In this document: positions 19,969 to 29,226 of the stretch, piece by piece
Numbering within the stretch: position 1 is the first letter of the stretch
Layout: the number at the start of each line of letters is the position of its first letter
DNA from: an uncultured Ignavibacterium sp.
GTDB lineage: Bacteria > Bacteroidota > Ignavibacteria > Ch128b
Length of the DNA stretch: 64,000 nt
Assembly: GCA_964454895.1 (NCBI GenBank)
Contig: CAYVTW010000007.1
Span: 12,338-76,337, forward strand
Direction: 5' to 3'
Made by a program: the position numbers and the translations under genes
The notes under the pieces: generated by a model
Databases searched by the model: none
What the model was told of the DNA's origin: nothing
What the model saw: only the letters and a program-made list of their open reading frames with translations

Positions 19969-21966
19969 TCACATCAAAATTTGACTGACAATTCCACCAA
20001 TAGTGAATGCAAAAAACCAAGTACCAGCCCAGATAATAAGACCTTTCTTTAATCCTCTTTCTTTAATCATTACAAGGAAAGAAGCGATACATGGGACAAA
20101 AAGCGTTATTGTAACTAGTGCAACAACTGTTTGATAAATACTTAAATCCATGTGAAATAAACCAGCAGCACCAAAATCTCTTCTAATCATTCCCATAATA
20201 AAAGCTATTGCTGATTCTTTTGGCAACTGAAGCCATTTTGTTGTAAATGGTTCAAGCAGATTAATCCATACATTGATTAGACCAGTTATTTGAAGCATTC
20301 CAATTATTGCTGTTCCTAAAAAGAAAAGTGGAGTTGCTTCTTTCATAAATCCAACAGTTCTGTAATAAGTTTTTCTGAGAACATTTTTTAAGTCAGGAAT
20401 ACTCATTAGAGGTAAATCTAATATTAATGGTGAACTATGGCCGGGTACAAGTTTATCGAGTAATGTACTAGTAAGAATTAAAACTGTAAGAATCACAATA
20501 ACATATAAGACAATTGCTTTCGGACCTGCAGCACTTAACAAGACAGTTATTACAGCAAGTTGTGCAGAACATGGAATAACAAATTGTAATATTGCAGTTG
20601 CAATTGTTTTTTCTCTTTCTGTTCCAAGCATTCGAGTTGTGATTGTTGCCATCGTCACACATCCAAAGCCAAGAATAATTGGAATGATAGCTTTACCATT
20701 TAAACCAACTTTTGTAAATAAACGATCAGCCATTGCTGCAAGTCTTGGTAGGTATCCGCTATCTTCTAAAAATGCAAGTGTTAAATAAAATGAAGTCACA
20801 AGCGGAAGTAAAAGGAAGAAAAGATATGTTATCGTCATTGTGATTACACCAAACTCACCGAAAAAAAACTGTGCAATTACATTATGGAATACAAAGTTAA
20901 TTTCTGTGTTTTTATCTGATATAAAATTCTGAAATTCTTCAAACCCTTTTTCATCACTTCCAATCCCATTTGGAAATGAATATACTTTTTCTTGTATAAC
21001 ATTATCTTCTTCGTCGAGAACCGAAACAAAAATATCCGTGCTGATTGAATGACCAATCAGCTTTTTGATATTATATTCAACTAATCCTTTGCCAATTGTA
21101 TTTTCTGTCAGATCCACAAGCCTTTGGGCAACTAAATCTCCAACAAAGAAATATATCAGAGTTAAAAGAAGTAACAGAATCGGAATACCTGTTAAAGGAT
21201 TTAATGCTAGTCTACCAAGTTTGGAAAAAAATAATCCAACTGGAGTATCACTACTTTCAACCGAGTCAACAATTTCTTTAACTCTATTTCTTCGATGGAT
21301 GTAAATTTCTTCTCTTATATCCTCCAGTGGTAATTTGATATCGGGATATTTTTTTATAACCTCTCTATCACCTTCAAGATAGAGCAAAGCCTCTGCGGGA
21401 TCAAAAATTCTTTCTTTTACTAGTTTTAATTTTTCTTGAGTTAACTTGTCAACCTTCCCAACTCTTGCTTTTTGAATTGCTTCATCTATTTTGTCAATGC
21501 CATCACCTCTTAAGGCAGACATTTCGAATACTTCAACACCGAGTATATTAGAAAGTTTTTTTGTATCAATTATCAAATTGTGCTTTTTAACTTCATCCAT
21601 CATATTTAAAATGACGGATACTTTCTTCCCCATATCAATCAATTGAAGAGTAAGGAAAAGATCTCGTTCGAGATTCAATGCATTAACGATACAAAGAATA
21701 ATATCACCTCGCAGAATAATTTCTTTTGCTACTTTCTCTTCATCGTTAAACGAGGAAACTCCATAAATTCCTGGTGTATCGAAAACATGATAATTCTTGT
21801 ACCACGCAGAAATTATAGAAACAGTAGTTCCTGGGAAATTTGAAACTTCAGCGTAAAGTCCACTCAAATGATTAAAGATGAGAGATTTGCCGACATTTGG
21901 ATTTCCAGCTAGAACAACTTTTTTAAATTCAATCTTAGGATTTGTAGAAGCTTTTGGTGAGTGCAT
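19969..21966 (-). CDS. feoB: Ferrous iron transporter FeoB
   Basis: N-terminal G-domain (GNPNVGKSLIFNHLSG) plus polytopic membrane domain. 665 aa. Confidence 0.9.
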   Translation of the reverse strand: MHSPKASTNPKIEFKKVVLAGNPNVGKSLIFNHLSGLYAEVSNFPGTTVSIISAWYKNYHVFDTPGIYGVSSFNDEEKVAKEIILRGDIILCIVNALNLERDLFLTLQLIDMGKKVSVILNMMDEVKKHNLIIDTKKLSNILGVEVFEMSALRGDGIDKIDEAIQKARVGKVDKLTQEKLKLVKERIFDPAEALLYLEGDREVIKKYPDIKLPLEDIREEIYIHRRNRVKEIVDSVESSDTPVGLFFSKLGRLALNPLTGIPILLLLLTLIYFFVGDLVAQRLVDLTENTIGKGLVEYNIKKLIGHSISTDIFVSVLDEEDNVIQEKVYSFPNGIGSDEKGFEEFQNFISDKNTEINFVFHNVIAQFFFGEFGVITMTITYLFFLLLPLVTSFYLTLAFLEDSGYLPRLAAMADRLFTKVGLNGKAIIPIILGFGCVTMATITTRMLGTEREKTIATAILQFVIPCSAQLAVITVLLSAAGPKAIVLYVIVILTVLILTSTLLDKLVPGHSSPLILDLPLMSIPDLKNVLRKTYYRTVGFMKEATPLFFLGTAIIGMLQITGLINVWINLLEPFTTKWLQLPKESAIAFIMGMIRRDFGAAGLFHMDLSIYQTVVALVTITLFVPCIASFLVMIKERGLKKGLIIWAGTWFFAFTIGGIVSQILM

Positions 21967-21973
21967 TGTTTTA

Positions 21974-22201
21974 TTAATTAATCATGATCACTTTAATCTT
22001 CTTTGCGAGCTCACTACCGAGAGCAATCTCTAGTCGATTCTTTTTAAGGATAACTGTCCCTCCAAGAATTTTATCGAGGCAGGTAACTTTTTCTCCTTCA
22101 GCAATTCCAAATCGAATTAATTGAAGTTTATACTCATCTTCAGGAAGATGATCGATAATAAATTTTTGTCCTCTTTCAACTTTATCAAGAGTTGTCTTCA
22201 T
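21974..22201 (-). CDS. feoA: FeoA
   Basis: 75 aa SH3-like protein immediately upstream of feoB. Confidence 0.8.
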   Translation of the reverse strand: MKTTLDKVERGQKFIIDHLPEDEYKLQLIRFGIAEGEKVTCLDKILGGTVILKKNRLEIALGSELAKKIKVIMIN

Positions 22202-22202
22202 T

Positions 22203-22664
22203 TTATTCTTCTCTTTTTGTTTTACACTTATCTGGATTTTTACAATATCCGTAAATATGGAAGCTGTGATTTACAGGTGTAAATCCATATTCCTCACATA
22301 TTCTTTCTTGGATTTTTAAGATTTCATTATTTTCGAATTCGACAATTTTACCACAATTCAAACAAATTAAATGATCGTGCTCAGTTACACCTAAACTCTT
22401 TTCATAGCGTGCTTCTTTCCCCATAAAATTATGTTTAGAAAGAAGCCCACAAGCTACAAGTAATTCAAGTGTATTATAAACAGTCGCTCTAGAAATATTA
22501 GATCCCTCATTTTTCATCGCAAGAAAAAGTTCATCGGCGCTAAAATGCATAACTTGTCTAAATGCATATTCAAGTACTTCGAATCTTTCTGGAGTAATCC
22601 GATAAGAACCCTTCTTCAAAAAGTCGGTAAATATTTCGGTTGCGTGAGTAATATTAATTATCAT
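22203..22664 (-). CDS. fur: Fur-family metalloregulator (Fur or PerR)
   Basis: 153 aa with HxH, CxxC x2 (HLICLNCG..GYCKNPDKC) and the DNA-binding helix (SRATVYNTLELL). Confidence 0.85.
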   Translation of the reverse strand: MIINITHATEIFTDFLKKGSYRITPERFEVLEYAFRQVMHFSADELFLAMKNEGSNISRATVYNTLELLVACGLLSKHNFMGKEARYEKSLGVTEHDHLICLNCGKIVEFENNEILKIQERICEEYGFTPVNHSFHIYGYCKNPDKCKTKREE

Positions 22665-22779
22665 TTCAATTATTATTTAGACTAAATCTAATTTAGGCAT
22701 CTAATATATTTTTGTCAAGATTAAACTTTAATCTTTTATTTTTTGTTAAAAATGCGAAATTTGAAAAAAGAGGTTTTAT

Positions 22780-22983
22780 ATGTCAAATACATCTTTTGAA
22801 AAAAGACAAGTCGTCGGAATATCCACAAAAAGCATTTCCGACGCAATCGATTCAGTTGTAAAACAATACAACTCAAAAAATCCAGTTTCCTGGTTTGAAG
22901 TTGTTGAAATTAGAGGAAGAGTAACTCAAACTGGAGAAATTGAATATCAAGTCACAATAAACTTAGGTCAAAAAACAAATTAA
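22780..22983 (+). CDS. Dodecin (flavin-binding)
   Basis: 67 aa MSNTSFEKRQVVGIS..WFEVVEIRG..YQVTINLG. Matches the dodecin signature (..VIEIVG.S..WFEV..IRG..FQVT.KVGF). Confidence 0.8.
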   Translation: MSNTSFEKRQVVGISTKSISDAIDSVVKQYNSKNPVSWFEVVEIRGRVTQTGEIEYQVTINLGQKTN

Positions 22984-22994
22984 ACGGAGGAAAA

Positions 22995-23477
22995 ATGTCC
23001 TTAAAAGTTGGAGACACATACAAAAATTTTACCTTAAAAAATAATCGTTTAGAAAATGTAACCTTGAGCGATTTTGTTGGGAAGAAAAATATTGTTCTGT
23101 TATTTTTCCCATTTGTGAATACTGGTGTTTGCGAAAAAGAACTTTGTCAGACACGTGATAGTCTTGAAGATTATAAAAATTTAGATGCAACAATCTTTGG
23201 AATTAGCGTGGATAGTCCTTTCGCCCAAAAACTCTGGAATGAAAAGTTGAATTTTGGTTTCGATCTACTTAGCGACTTTAACAAAGAGGTATGTCAACTT
23301 TATGGAGTGCTAGATGAGAATTGGCTATCCGAAAAGTTCGGCTACAGAGGTGTGGCTAAAAGATCGGCTTTTGTAATCGATAAAAATGGTATTATTCAAT
23401 ATGCTGAGGTGCTTGACGACCCGGGAAAAGAACCTAATTATGAAAAAATAAAAGAATCTCTTTCCAAACTTGTGTAA
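22995..23477 (+). CDS. Peroxiredoxin (AhpC/TSA/redoxin family)
   Basis: FFPFVNTGVCEKELC contains the peroxidatic Cys in a Prx context. Confidence 0.8.
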   Translation: MSLKVGDTYKNFTLKNNRLENVTLSDFVGKKNIVLLFFPFVNTGVCEKELCQTRDSLEDYKNLDATIFGISVDSPFAQKLWNEKLNFGFDLLSDFNKEVCQLYGVLDENWLSEKFGYRGVAKRSAFVIDKNGIIQYAEVLDDPGKEPNYEKIKESLSKLV

Positions 23478-23546
23478 ACATTTATGAATGCTCATCTCAA
23501 TGATCGATAATTTTTTAAACAATCGTTATTTTTGAAATAAAAAGAG

Positions 23547-24041
23547 ATGGGCATTCATTTCTTAAAATACATTTCAGAAATTTTTCAAATTATTGCAATT
23601 ATATTTTGGACAGGAAGCTTAATAGTGATTGTTTTTATTCTTTATCCTCAAATAAACAGATTTAAAGAGAGTAAAAAAATTATTACACAGATTTTCGTCG
23701 AAAGCATAAATAAGGTCGAATATATTTTAATTATTGCGTTAATTTTATTATGGAGTGGAATATTAATTCATCTTACAACAGCTGCGAGCAATCCTCTAAA
23801 ATCAAAAATGTATATTCTTTATTTGCTTCTTTCAGGAATGATGAGCGTTTTTACTTTGTTGAAAATTTTCTGGATTCAACATACTATCATAAAATCTGAA
23901 AAAAGTCTTCGTTTATTTACACAACATGAACTCAAAAACTCAATTGACAAAAAACTTGATAATTATAATAAAGCCTACTACTTCATATCATTAGTAAACC
24001 TTGTGATTATTTTCACAATAATTTTAATTAACCAATTTTGA
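23547..24041 (+). CDS. Hypothetical membrane protein (about 4 transmembrane segments)
   Basis: Hydrophobic segments. 4-nt overlap with the downstream bcp start. Confidence 0.55.
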   Translation: MGIHFLKYISEIFQIIAIIFWTGSLIVIVFILYPQINRFKESKKIITQIFVESINKVEYILIIALILLWSGILIHLTTAASNPLKSKMYILYLLLSGMMSVFTLLKIFWIQHTIIKSEKSLRLFTQHELKNSIDKKLDNYNKAYYFISLVNLVIIFTIILINQF

Positions 24042-24508
24042 GGTGGACGATGTTAAAAGAAGGAGCAAAAGCACCAGTATTCACTCTTTTAAATCAGGAT
24101 GGAAAGAAAATATCACTAAAGGATTTTCTCGGCAAAAAGGTTGTTCTTTATTTTTATCCAAAGGATATGACCTCCGGTTGTACAAAAGAGGCGTGTGATT
24201 TTAGAGATCACATAAAGTTATTTCATAATAAAGATGTTGTTGTGGTTGGTGTAAGCCCTGACTCAGTTCAGTCTCACAAAAAATTTCAAGAAAAATATAG
24301 TTTACCATTCGATCTATTAAGTGATGAAAGTAAAAAGGTTCTGGAAAAATATGGTGTATGGAAAGAAAAAAGTATGTATGGGAAAAAATACTTTGGAGTA
24401 GAGAGAACAACATTTATTATTGATGAAAATGGGAAGATTAAAAAGATTTTTCCGAAAGTTAAAGTAGATGGCCATATAAAAGATGTCTTAAAAGCATTGG
24501 AAGAATAA
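24038..24508 (+). CDS. bcp: Thiol peroxidase Bcp (peroxiredoxin Q)
   Basis: LYFYPKDMTSGCTKEAC with Bcp length and motif. Confidence 0.9.
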   Translation: MRWTMLKEGAKAPVFTLLNQDGKKISLKDFLGKKVVLYFYPKDMTSGCTKEACDFRDHIKLFHNKDVVVVGVSPDSVQSHKKFQEKYSLPFDLLSDESKKVLEKYGVWKEKSMYGKKYFGVERTTFIIDENGKIKKIFPKVKVDGHIKDVLKALEE

Positions 24509-24512
24509 AAAA

Positions 24513-24980
24513 ATGGATATACCAAATTTAGATCAAAACAAAGTTAAGCTTCTTGCAAATTCAAAAACTTATAAAAATTTACTTGAAGGATTTGCATTAG
24601 AGAGTCAAGCAAATCGTAGATATATATTTTTTGCACAGAAGGCTAAAGCAGAAGGTTTTGAAGAGATTGCAAATGTTTTCTTGGAAACTGCTGAAGGAGA
24701 AGGAGGCCACTCATTAGGTCATATCGAATTTCTATCACCGATTGCTGATCCATTAACAGGAAAACAGCTTGGTGATACCGAAACAAATCTTAAAACTGCT
24801 ATTGAAGGGGAGACCTACGAATTTAGTGAGCTCTACCCTGGGTTTGCCAGAGTTGCTCGAGAGGAAGGATTTGATGAAATAGCAGAATGGTTCGAATTTC
24901 TTGCAAGAGCTGAAAAATCTCACGCGGGAAGGCTACAAAAAGCTCTGGACTTATTGTATGAACTAAAAAAGAAAAAATAG
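24513..24980 (+). CDS. Rubrerythrin-family ferritin-like diiron protein (no rubredoxin domain)
   Basis: ExxH diiron motifs (EGEGGHSLGHIEF..EGETYEFSELYP..). 155 aa. Confidence 0.75.
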   Translation: MDIPNLDQNKVKLLANSKTYKNLLEGFALESQANRRYIFFAQKAKAEGFEEIANVFLETAEGEGGHSLGHIEFLSPIADPLTGKQLGDTETNLKTAIEGETYEFSELYPGFARVAREEGFDEIAEWFEFLARAEKSHAGRLQKALDLLYELKKKK

Positions 24981-25022
24981 TCTCTTCCTCTCATCACAAT
25001 TCAAAATTATATGAGGTTTTAA

Positions 25023-25604
25023 TTGAGAAAGATTGATTATTCGGAAATAATACCTTATAGCGAGTATCTGAAAGTTAGAAAAGAATTTCAAGATAAAATT
25101 ATTAAACTCAAAAAAAATCGAAGAATTCAGATTGGTGAATACATTACTTTTGTTTTCGAAAACAGAGAGACTGTTCTTTATCAGATACAAGAAATGATTA
25201 GACTTGAAAAGATGACCGATGAAAGATTAATCAAAAATGAAATAGAAGTTTTTAACCAACTAATTCCAAACGAAAATGAACTTGTAGCAACCATGTTCAT
25301 TGAAATTTTTGAGAGACATTTAATTAAACCAGTTTTAAATTCATTAGTTGGAATACAAAACAAGATTTTTCTTGAGTTTAATAATGAAGTGATCCCCTGC
25401 ATATTCTATGAAGAAAATATAAGCGAAGGGAAAATTAGCTCAGTACAATATGTTAAATTTATATTTAACGATGAACAAAAAAATAAATTTATAGATCCCA
25501 AGGTCCAGATTAAAATTAAAATAGATCATCCTAATTACAAAGTTGAAGCTATTATTCCAGAAAATATCAAAGCAAGTTTAAGAGAGGATTTAATTAAAAA
25601 ATGA
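25023..25604 (+). CDS. Conserved hypothetical protein (193 aa, TTG start), possibly DUF3501-like and rubrerythrin-associated
   Basis: ORF directly downstream of the rubrerythrin gene. Family assignment is from memory only. Confidence 0.5.
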   Translation: MRKIDYSEIIPYSEYLKVRKEFQDKIIKLKKNRRIQIGEYITFVFENRETVLYQIQEMIRLEKMTDERLIKNEIEVFNQLIPNENELVATMFIEIFERHLIKPVLNSLVGIQNKIFLEFNNEVIPCIFYEENISEGKISSVQYVKFIFNDEQKNKFIDPKVQIKIKIDHPNYKVEAIIPENIKASLREDLIKK

Positions 25605-26011
25605 AAATATATGTAACAAGAAAATCTCACTTTGCAGCAGCTCATAGACTATATAACCCAAATTTTAGTGACGAAAAAAACAATGAAGTCTATGGAATGT
25701 GTAATAATCCATTATACCATGGCCATAACTATGTTCTTGAAGTTACTGTCTGTGGTGAACCAGATCCAGAGACTGGGTACTTAATAGATTTAAAACAATT
25801 GAAAAAAATTATCGAAGAAAAAATTATTAAACATGTAGATCATAAAAACCTGAATCTAGAAGTTGAGTTTTTGAAAGGAATAATTCCAACTGCGGAAAAT
25901 TTAGCTATCGCTTTTTGGAAACAACTCGAGGCTGAAATTCCCAGAGGTAAATTATATTCAATAAAGATTTATGAAAGTGAAAGAAATATAGTTGAATACA
26001 GAGGTGAATAA
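25601..26011 (+). CDS. 6-pyruvoyl-tetrahydropterin synthase family (PTPS/QueD, COG0720)
   Basis: Cx5HGH motif ([11 protein letters not shown]). 136 aa. Stop overlaps the folE start (TAATG). Confidence 0.85.
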   Translation: MKIYVTRKSHFAAAHRLYNPNFSDEKNNEVYGMCNNPLYHGHNYVLEVTVCGEPDPETGYLIDLKQLKKIIEEKIIKHVDHKNLNLEVEFLKGIIPTAENLAIAFWKQLEAEIPRGKLYSIKIYESERNIVEYRGE

Positions 26012-26577
26012 TGGATATAGAAAAAACAACAAAACTCGTTCGCGAACTTTTAATTCAAATAGGAGAAAATCCAGACCGTGAAGGATTATTAAAAACACCA
26101 GAACGTGTAGCAAAAGCTTATGAGTTTTTAACTCGTGGTTACCAACAAGATGTTCATGAAATCATGAACAAAGCGATTTTCACAGAAAAATATGATGAGA
26201 TGGTGATAGTAAAAGATATCGATTTCTATTCGATGTGTGAACATCATTTACTTCCATTTTTTGGAAAAGCTCATGTAGCTTATATACCTAATGGAAAAAT
26301 CATTGGTTTGAGTAAAATCCCTAGATTAGTAGATATTTTTGCACGAAGACTTCAAGTTCAAGAAAGATTAACTCAACAAATCGCCGATACTTTGAACGAA
26401 TACCTTAAACCCGATGGTGTCGGAGTTGTTATAGAGGCTATGCATATGTGTATGATGATGCGTGGAGTTGAAAAACAAAATAGTATTGCTACAACCAGCG
26501 CAATGCATGGCTCATTCAAAGAAGACGAGAGAACAAGATCAGAATTCTTAACTCTAATAAAATCGAGTCTTAAATAG
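26011..26577 (+). CDS. folE: GTP cyclohydrolase I
   Basis: MCEHHLLPF active-site block. 188 aa. Confidence 0.95.
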   Translation: MDIEKTTKLVRELLIQIGENPDREGLLKTPERVAKAYEFLTRGYQQDVHEIMNKAIFTEKYDEMVIVKDIDFYSMCEHHLLPFFGKAHVAYIPNGKIIGLSKIPRLVDIFARRLQVQERLTQQIADTLNEYLKPDGVGVVIEAMHMCMMMRGVEKQNSIATTSAMHGSFKEDERTRSEFLTLIKSSLK

Positions 26578-27299
26578 TGAAAGACGATAAAAAAATAATC
26601 TGGGTAACAGGCGGTTCAAGTGGGATTGGTAAAGCAATCGCCTTTAACTTTGCGAAGATTAATTGTAAAGTTTATATATCCGGAAGAAGAAACTCCGAGC
26701 TTGAGCGGACCATTAAAGAATTCTCTAAAGAAAAGTTAAAAATTAAAGCTATTCCATGTAATGTTGCATCAGAAGTGAATGTGAGTCAAGTTGTAAAAAC
26801 AATAATGAGAGAAGAAGGGAAAATCGATTGCCTCATTAACAACGCAGGAATAACTGTTTTCAAAAATGTAATTGATACATCTAACCGAGAAGCTAAAGAT
26901 ATAATTGATACAAATCTTCTAGGTTCAATTTATTGTACCAAGCATGTTTTGCCTTATATGATAGAACGAAAATCTGGATTAATAATAAATATCAGTTCGT
27001 TTGCTTCAAAAAAAATTTACCCAAAGAGCGCTGTCTATTCAGCATCTAAAGCAGGTCTAAATGCATTTGCTAATTGTTTAAGAGAAGAAGTAAGAGAATA
27101 TGGAATCAAAGTAGTAACCATTCTTCCTGGTGCGACTGAAACACCAATGTGGGATAAGGAGATTAGAAAAAAGGCTTCGGAAAGAATGATGAAGGCTGAC
27201 GATCTTGCGCATCTTGTAGTTTCGGTATTTCTGCAACCAAATAATATAGTTAGTGAAGAGATCGTAGTTCGACCAATTTATGGTGATATAAATGTCTGA
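26577..27299 (+). CDS. Short-chain dehydrogenase/reductase (sepiapterin-reductase-like candidate), GTG start
   Basis: TGGSSGIGKA NAD(P)-binding motif and the YSASK catalytic motif. Confidence 0.85.
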   Translation: MKDDKKIIWVTGGSSGIGKAIAFNFAKINCKVYISGRRNSELERTIKEFSKEKLKIKAIPCNVASEVNVSQVVKTIMREEGKIDCLINNAGITVFKNVIDTSNREAKDIIDTNLLGSIYCTKHVLPYMIERKSGLIINISSFASKKIYPKSAVYSASKAGLNAFANCLREEVREYGIKVVTILPGATETPMWDKEIRKKASERMMKADDLAHLVVSVFLQPNNIVSEEIVVRPIYGDINV

Positions 27300-28005
27300 T
27301 CTTTTAGGAAGAAATGTTTTTATATCTGGAGTGAGTAAAGGAATTGGTAGAGCGATTGCTATTTCACTTGCTAAAGAAGGTTGTAATATTTTTGGCGTAT
27401 CAAGAAACAGAACTGAACTTGAGAAATTGAAAAATGAATTTATTGAATTTAATATCAAGGCAGAATTTTTTTCTGTTGATGTCGGTGATTTTTATGAATT
27501 AAAAGCGACATTGAAGGATCTTCTCTCAAAAACAAAAATTGATATACTTGTTAATAATGCTGGAATTGGTATGTTTAAAAATTTGCTTGATTTTTCCTAT
27601 GAAGAATTTGACCGAGTAGTGAAAACAAATTTGTATGGTGTCTTCAATCTTACAAAATTGATTATACCCTCAATGATTGAAACTCAAAACGGTGATATCA
27701 TCTTCATTTCTTCACTAGCGGGGAAAAATGTTAACGCCGGCAGTTCAGTCTATTCTGCAACAAAATTTGCTTTAACGGGGCTTGCTCATTCTTTGATGCT
27801 TGAAGTGCGTCAATACAATATAAGAGTATGCTTGGTTCATCCAGGTTCAGTTGATACTGATTTGATTGGAAATTTTAATCCAAATATTAATCGAGAAAAA
27901 ATACTAAAACCTATAGATGTTGCCGATGCAATCCTAACATTTCTCAAATTACCTAGAAGAGCAATGCTCTCAGAATTCGAAATCAGACCTACAAATCCAA
28001 AATAA
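27292..28005 (+). CDS. Short-chain dehydrogenase/reductase (second paralog)
   Basis: SGVSKGIGRA NAD(P)-binding motif and the YSATK catalytic motif. Confidence 0.85.
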   Translation: MSDLLGRNVFISGVSKGIGRAIAISLAKEGCNIFGVSRNRTELEKLKNEFIEFNIKAEFFSVDVGDFYELKATLKDLLSKTKIDILVNNAGIGMFKNLLDFSYEEFDRVVKTNLYGVFNLTKLIIPSMIETQNGDIIFISSLAGKNVNAGSSVYSATKFALTGLAHSLMLEVRQYNIRVCLVHPGSVDTDLIGNFNPNINREKILKPIDVADAILTFLKLPRRAMLSEFEIRPTNPK

Positions 28006-28440
28006 TTCTAATCTGATACTTTATTGACCAGAAATAACTGACCCAAAAGTAAACTTTATTAATAAAATCAATTCAAGAAAAAATTTTTTCAAACCAACTT
28101 ATTGTCTTTTTAGTACATCTATTAATTTTAAAGAACACTGTTCAAAAAGAATAAAAATTAAAACTGATATTAATGGCGTTAAAATATCAGGCCATTCGTA
28201 ACCTAATCAAAAAACTTTTCTCACTTTTTCAAAGTACTAATGGTAAAGATTTTTCTCTCACCTCAAACTTCAACATAACAAACGAATTTCGATTTGTTAA
28301 TTGATCAAATATTTTTGGTCTTTGGTGACATGGATCTCAAATTAACTTATAGATTTTGATCTCACTATTGCATGTCTTGTAACTGAGTATTCTATGCATT
28401 ACGATCTTAATAACTTTAATTAGATTTATTGATAAATCCA

Positions 28441-28483
28441 TTTAAAATAAAAGAGCCTCACAGAGGAGGAGGAACTGTGAGGC
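28441..28483 (-). terminator. Rho-independent terminator downstream of the Spy/CpxP-like gene
   Basis: 9-bp stem gcctcacag/ctgtgaggc (28455-28463 / 28475-28483). An A-run at 28444-28453 on plus gives the U-tract on minus. Confidence 0.55.
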
Positions 28484-28529
28484 TTATGGGAATATAACGC
28501 AAGCAAGGAGGTCTTATGAGAACTACCTA

Positions 28530-29045
28530 CTATTGATCCCACCAGGGACCCAAACCACATCCGCAAGGGCCAAATCCTCGACCGATCCGAGGTTTTTGAT
28601 GGAAAAACTCTTTTCTAAATTTTGGCCCTAAAAATTTACCATCTCTAAAAAATTCACTTCTGAATTCACGAAATTTCTCTTTTTGTTTTTCATCTAAAAG
28701 ATTATATACATCAAACCAATGATTCAATTTTTGTTTTTGCATTTTTGCTCTAACTTCACTCATCTTATCGGTTAATGCTTCCATCTTTTTTCTGTCGGGA
28801 CTTGATTTTCTCCATTCGCTTCTCAAATCTATACTGAGTTTTTCAAGTTCGCTTCTTAAATCAGTCATTTTCTTGAGATGATCATCTCTTAGTTTTTCAA
28901 TATCAGCAATTTGCTTATCAGATAAATCAAGCTTATCAATTAAATAACCTCTGTAAGGTTGTGCTAACAAGGTTGCAGACCAACTGAATAACACAACCAC
29001 AATCAACGAAAGAATTATTCTCTTCTTCATTTTTATATCCACCAT
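28530..29045 (-). CDS. Spy/CpxP/ZraP-like periplasmic protein (LTxxQ family) with a Cys-Gly-rich C-terminal tail
   Basis: Signal peptide (MKKRIILSLIVVVLFSWSATLLA). Two LxxxQ motifs (LSDKQ, LDEKQ). Tail GFGPCGCGLGPWW. Start chosen at the MVDIKMKKR methionines rather than the ORF-track start. Confidence 0.65.
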   Translation of the reverse strand: MVDIKMKKRIILSLIVVVLFSWSATLLAQPYRGYLIDKLDLSDKQIADIEKLRDDHLKKMTDLRSELEKLSIDLRSEWRKSSPDRKKMEALTDKMSEVRAKMQKQKLNHWFDVYNLLDEKQKEKFREFRSEFFRDGKFLGPKFRKEFFHQKPRIGRGFGPCGCGLGPWWDQ

Positions 29046-29139
29046 TTTTGTTTTACATATTTCTTGCATTTTGACATGACATACTGTGCTAAGGTTTAAA
29101 AATTTGAAATTTATTTGTGTAATGAGGGAGGGGAAAAGT

Positions 29140-29196
29140 TTTATTTAAAAAATAAAAGGCATCTATCTCCACGAACAGTTCTTAGAGGTAGATGCC
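29140..29196 (-). terminator. Rho-independent terminator downstream of the acyl-CoA ligase gene
   Basis: 12-bp stem ggcatctatctc/gaggtagatgcc (29158-29169 / 29185-29196) with one G:U pair and a 15-nt loop. A-rich tract on plus before it. Confidence 0.6.
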
Positions 29197-29226
29197 TGTG
29201 TTCTAAAGATTTAATAATATTATAAT

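Noticed and set aside
20468-20662. 64-aa cysteine-rich ORF (about 14 Cys) that looks like a metallothionein or RiPP precursor
   Set aside because: It lies antisense inside the well-supported feoB gene. Cys codons (TGT/TGC) arise from reading the sense-strand ACA/GCA-rich membrane-domain codons backwards. No ribosome-binding site or independent support.
22641-22680. Fur box called as a confident regulatory feature
   Set aside because: The whole region is AT-rich. The ATTATCATTTCAATTATT match to the GATAATGATAATCATTATC consensus is only partial and could occur by chance. It is mentioned in findings only.
24963-25402. Minus-strand ORFs 24963-25190 and 25181-25402 overlapping the rubrerythrin/hypothetical junction
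   Set aside because: They are antisense to plus-strand genes with good context. Their K/N/I/F-rich sequence is typical of AT-rich noise.
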